20,000 nt of DNA from an uncultured virus (IMG/VR IMGVR_UViG_3300025133_000034). Its lineage: Duplodnaviria > Heunggongvirae > Uroviricota > Caudoviricetes. Position 1 is the first letter of the stretch. Every line of letters begins with the position of its first letter. Where the stretch lies: the IMG/VR virus record IMGVR_UViG_3300025133_000034. One strand, written 5' to 3'. Position numbers and translations under genes: made by a program. Below, piece by piece: positions 16,969-20,000 of this stretch. Below the pieces are notes generated by a model that was not told where the DNA came from, did no database searches, and was given only the letters and a program-made list of their open reading frames with translations.

Positions 16969-18275
16969 TATAATACCTTTGATGCCAAGGTGGCCACCTT
17001 AGATCGCTCCCCTTTTATTAGAGTCATATGACCAGAAAGATCATGCGCCTTAAGTTTTTCTACTGCATACGATAATCCGTTGGAAGTCGAATCCAAGTAG
17101 ACACTATCAATTTGTTCTATGTCACCTGTGAGAATTATTTTAGTATTTTCACCCACTCTGGTAATTATAGTCTTTAATTCATGAATTGTTAAGTTTTGTG
17201 CTTCATCAATAATAATAAAAGCATTAGTTATAGATCTACCTCTAATGTAAGTGAGGGCTTCTATTTGAATAGTGCCGTTCTCAAAAAACATTGACATGGA
17301 ATCTTTTTTACCATTTAATAAGTGATCTAGATTGTCTTGGATAGGCATTAGCCATGGTCTCATCTTTTCTTCCATTGTCCCGGGAAGATAACCGATATCT
17401 TTCCCCAAAGGCTGGACCGGCCTAGATACAACTAGTTTTTTGTATGTTTCTTGGTCCAGCACTTGGTCTAGGCCGGCCGCAATTGCCAAAAGAGTCTTAC
17501 CACAGCCGGCTTTTCCAACTAGTGTAACGATAGGTATGTTCGGATCCAATAAAACGTCTAAAGCAAACATTTGTTCCTTGTTTCTAGGTTTTAAACCCCA
17601 AACACCATTCTTGTATTCAGAAACTTTGTGTAAAGGCAAGTTGTAGTTTTTGAATCTGACCAACGCGGTTTTCTTTTCATTTGCATTTGAAACCAGCATT
17701 AAAAACTGATTTGGTTTGAACCTGCCTTCTTCTTTTTCAAGATATACTTCTTGGCCTTCGTATACATGATCAATTGATTGATCATCAACTAAATGTTTTG
17801 CGAAGCCAGTAAATAATTTATTACGATCGGTTATAACTTTGTTGGTAATGTAATCTTCAGTTAACATTCCTAAAGAGTCACACTTCACACGCATATTGAT
17901 ATCACGAGTTACAACAATTACTTTTCTTTTAAGATTCTTCTTTTGTTCAGTAATAGCAGTTGTAATAATCTCATTATCCGCACTTTGTAAATCACACGAA
18001 ATTGGCAAGTCTTCTATATCGTATCCTCTTACAGATAGAACACCTTTTCCTTTTGCAATTCTGACACCTTTATGTAAATTGCCCTTGCTTCGAAGATTAT
18101 CCAGTATTCGGATGATAGATCTGGCATTTAAACCAACACCATCTTGTCTTTTTTTATGTTTATCGATTTCATCCAAGACCTTTAAAGGTATAATAATATC
18201 ATTATTTTGAAATTCAAATATCGATTTTGAGTTTGTTAGGAATACATTAGTGTCTAATACGTACGTTTTTTTCAT
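16968..18275 (-). CDS. phoH: PIN-PhoH fusion protein (PhoH2/YlaK type ATPase/RNase)
   Basis: PIN: YVLDTNV, ELD-like EID, ADNEI, VTRDINMRVK. PhoH: PRNKEQ, GKAGCGKT, SRP, IGYLPG, YIRGRS, IIDEAQN, GDIEQID, ERS. Confidence 0.93.
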   Translation of the reverse strand: MKKTYVLDTNVFLTNSKSIFEFQNNDIIIPLKVLDEIDKHKKRQDGVGLNARSIIRILDNLRSKGNLHKGVRIAKGKGVLSVRGYDIEDLPISCDLQSADNEIITTAITEQKKNLKRKVIVVTRDINMRVKCDSLGMLTEDYITNKVITDRNKLFTGFAKHLVDDQSIDHVYEGQEVYLEKEEGRFKPNQFLMLVSNANEKKTALVRFKNYNLPLHKVSEYKNGVWGLKPRNKEQMFALDVLLDPNIPIVTLVGKAGCGKTLLAIAAGLDQVLDQETYKKLVVSRPVQPLGKDIGYLPGTMEEKMRPWLMPIQDNLDHLLNGKKDSMSMFFENGTIQIEALTYIRGRSITNAFIIIDEAQNLTIHELKTIITRVGENTKIILTGDIEQIDSVYLDSTSNGLSYAVEKLKAHDLSGHMTLIKGERSKVATLASKVL

Positions 18276-18309
18276 GCTTTACTCTGTGCTCAAAAACTAG
18301 TTAACTATA
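18276..18309. promoter_or_regulatory. Candidate regulatory element in the divergent phoH/protease intergenic region
   Basis: 34-nt gap with overlapping palindromes AACTAGTT (18295-18302) and TAGTTAACTA (18298-18307) just before the protease ATG. Confidence 0.3.
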
Positions 18310-19056
18310 ATGAAGAAATATTTAATAATCACCATACTACTACTTCTATCGTCATTTGTAAATAGTTGTGCGTTCCAAACAAATGTAATTAAGTCTCTTC
18401 AAGATGCTAAAAAATCAATTTTAAAAATAGAAACATGGGCTAGATTAGGAGCATGCGACAAAGAAACTGGTGTTTGCGCTGCAACTGAATTGATATCAAT
18501 GGGCTCTGGCGCCGTGGTACTATATAAGAATAAGAAAGTTGTATTAACAGCAGCACATGTCTGCAAACAAGACAGCTTCGAAAAATTCGTCAATACACAC
18601 AATGGTCGTTTCTTTCTAAAAGCAATTGATCGAGGTGGCAAAGAATATCTTATAAGAGTTATAAAATATGATAATAATCAAGATATATGTTTATTAGCTA
18701 GCATCTCCGGTGATCTACCACCTTATTTAAAAATAAGTTCAAAAAAACCAGAATATGCTGAAATAGTATATAATCTTGCTGCACCCTTAGGGATTATCGA
18801 CGGTCAGATGGTACCAACTTATCAAGGATTTTTCTTTGGTAATTCAGAAGGAAGCGCTTTCTATAGCATTCCAGTTGCTGGAGGATCCTCAGGATCTCCT
18901 ATCGTTAGTTCTAAAGGAGAGCTAATTGGGATGATTCACTCTGTACACTACAAATTTCATCACATAAGTCTTTCTGCGACCTATCAACAGCTTTGGAATT
19001 TTTTAAAGCTTGAAGGAAACTATACATTAGAATTCCAGAACTCGTCCCAACATTAA
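18310..19056 (+). CDS. Trypsin-like (S1) serine protease, predicted lipoprotein
   Basis: Signal peptide MKKYLIITILLLLSSFVNS-C; GSG, TAAHV (His), QDICLL (Asp), GGSSGSPI (Ser), GELIG. Confidence 0.85.
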   Translation: MKKYLIITILLLLSSFVNSCAFQTNVIKSLQDAKKSILKIETWARLGACDKETGVCAATELISMGSGAVVLYKNKKVVLTAAHVCKQDSFEKFVNTHNGRFFLKAIDRGGKEYLIRVIKYDNNQDICLLASISGDLPPYLKISSKKPEYAEIVYNLAAPLGIIDGQMVPTYQGFFFGNSEGSAFYSIPVAGGSSGSPIVSSKGELIGMIHSVHYKFHHISLSATYQQLWNFLKLEGNYTLEFQNSSQH

Positions 19057-19543
19057 GGCTTCGAACTGAACCATATTGTGGAATTTCTACGCTATAGTCG
19101 GCAATTTTTAATGTTTCCTCAGTTAGGCCGAGCCCCTCTTCACCAAAGACCATAAGAGGTGGTTTTTTTAAAGACTGCCAATCAAATTCACCCAATTTAT
19201 GAGTTTTAGGTACGTTGTTGTCAATTGCGACGATCGTATACGTATTTTTAAGCTCTACCAGTTCAGATACACCACCATCAAGAAATACCAAATCCACATA
19301 GTGATGAGCGCCAACCGTTCCACGGCGATCAAAACGCTTTTTACCCATGTAAAAAACTTTTTCAGCGTTAAATGCATTTGCGTTACGAATGAGCGTGCTG
19401 ATGTTAAAATCACCTTGCCAATGTTCCATACAAACTGCGAAGGGATTTGCGGTTCTCTGCAGATCTCTCTTAATGGATTCAGTAGGCCAATTTTTATATC
19501 TGTCAATAACATTGCGCTTCCATAGACTCCAACGATCAGACAT
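18911..19543 (-). CDS. SpoU/TrmH-family RNA 2'-O-methyltransferase
   Basis: FNISTLIRNANAF (motif 1), VFGEEGLGL (motif 2), IPQYGSVRSLNVGTSSGI (motif 3). Start is either ATG 19543 or TTG 19555. Confidence 0.88.
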   Translation of the reverse strand: MSDRWSLWKRNVIDRYKNWPTESIKRDLQRTANPFAVCMEHWQGDFNISTLIRNANAFNAEKVFYMGKKRFDRRGTVGAHHYVDLVFLDGGVSELVELKNTYTIVAIDNNVPKTHKLGEFDWQSLKKPPLMVFGEEGLGLTEETLKIADYSVEIPQYGSVRSLNVGTSSGILMYSFLQALKNSKAVDRSQKDLCDEICSVQSESSQLALL

Positions 19544-19859
19544 CACTGCCACCAATAGTAATTATATCACAATCTTCTAGATTTGCAAACATTTTATGCT
19601 GTTTATCTTCAATTGCAATAATCGCATCTTCAACACTGTCATGTTGTCCACAACTTTCATTTGGAAATGACGTTGCATTATACTTTACGATTAAGCGATC
19701 GCTAACTGACATTTTAAGAGTTTTATCTTTTTTGTATTGAGTCCAATCGATGTCTTGTTTTTCTTTTACTTCTGAAAAGATATGACCTAGACACCTTCCA
19801 TCTTTCCAAACATATTTTTTTGATGAAAGGTATTCATCTTTCATTAGTTTATAATTCAT
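19536..19859 (-). CDS. Hypothetical protein
   Basis: 107-aa ORF with AGGTG just upstream of the ATG, 14 nt downstream of the tRNA. Confidence 0.65.
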   Translation of the reverse strand: MNYKLMKDEYLSSKKYVWKDGRCLGHIFSEVKEKQDIDWTQYKKDKTLKMSVSDRLIVKYNATSFPNESCGQHDSVEDAIIAIEDKQHKMFANLEDCDIITIGGSDV

Positions 19860-19873
19860 AGTTCACCTGTGTA

Positions 19874-19949
19874 TGGTACCCCCTGTAGGGATCGAACCTA
19901 CGACCTGCGGATTAAGAGTCCGATGCTCTACCAACTGAGCTAAGAGGGC
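19874..19949 (-). tRNA. tRNA-Lys (anticodon CUU), CCA encoded
   Basis: Reverse complement is GCCCTCT TA GCTC AGTTGGTA GAGC A TCGGA CT-CTT-AA TCCGC AGGTC GTAGG TTCGATC CCTAC AGGGGGT A CCA, a 76-nt cloverleaf. Confidence 0.95.
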
Positions 19950-20000
19950 GTGTTAATTAATGTTGTTTTTATTGCCAGAAAAGTAAATCTCTTTTAAATC

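Noticed and set aside
18295..18307. Resemblance of AACTAGTTAACTA to the E. coli trp operator core
   Set aside because: The second CTAG half-site is missing, there is no trp context, and a chance match is plausible in AT-rich DNA.
18399..19512. Minus-strand ORFs 18399-18641 and 19255-19512
   Set aside because: The first is antisense to the protease and the second is an alternative frame inside the SpoU gene; neither has recognisable features.
1019..19580. Short plus-strand ORFs in the track (e.g. 1019-1285, 3004-3333, 9713-10036, 13894-14313, 17896-18210, 19199-19525)
   Set aside because: They are antisense shadows of well-supported minus-strand genes, with Ser/Phe/Ile-rich composition and no motifs.
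1..20000. Stop-codon reassignment, as seen in some large phages
   Set aside because: TAA, TGA and TAG (e.g. 3022, 8403, 14949) all end genes at sensible boundaries, and ORFs are full length under code 11.
19950..20000. Sigma70-type promoter upstream of the tRNA
   Set aside because: AT-rich, but no convincing -35/-10 pair at proper spacing, and the region is cut by the window edge.

Overview
AT-rich, very gene-dense window, almost entirely on the minus strand with overlapping start/stop codons. It is most consistent with a large bacteriophage genome (inference): it has a T4 gp55-like sigma factor, PIN-PhoH, a Cas4/RecB-like nuclease, a tRNA and short unknown ORFs, and no cellular housekeeping genes. 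In transcription order (right to left) it encodes tRNA-Lys(CUU), a hypothetical protein, a SpoU/TrmH methyltransferase, a plus-strand trypsin-like lipoprotein, PIN-PhoH, a hypothetical protein, an HEXXH zincin-like protein, a hypothetical protein and a PD-(D/E)XK nuclease. A ~13.7 kb glycan locus follows: six tandem glycosyltransferases, a minimal split transketolase, an SDR, an RfbH/E1-type 3-dehydratase, an RmlB-type 4,6-dehydratase, a B12-dependent radical SAM enzyme, a GT8-like protein and a GDP-fucose synthase. Three small ORFs and a sigma factor truncated by the window edge (missed by the ORF track) complete the window. The best candidate system is a virus-encoded pathway for a C4-branched 3,6-dideoxy, possibly methylated, sugar and its transfer to an unknown acceptor. 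All family calls come from motif recognition by eye; no searches were run.
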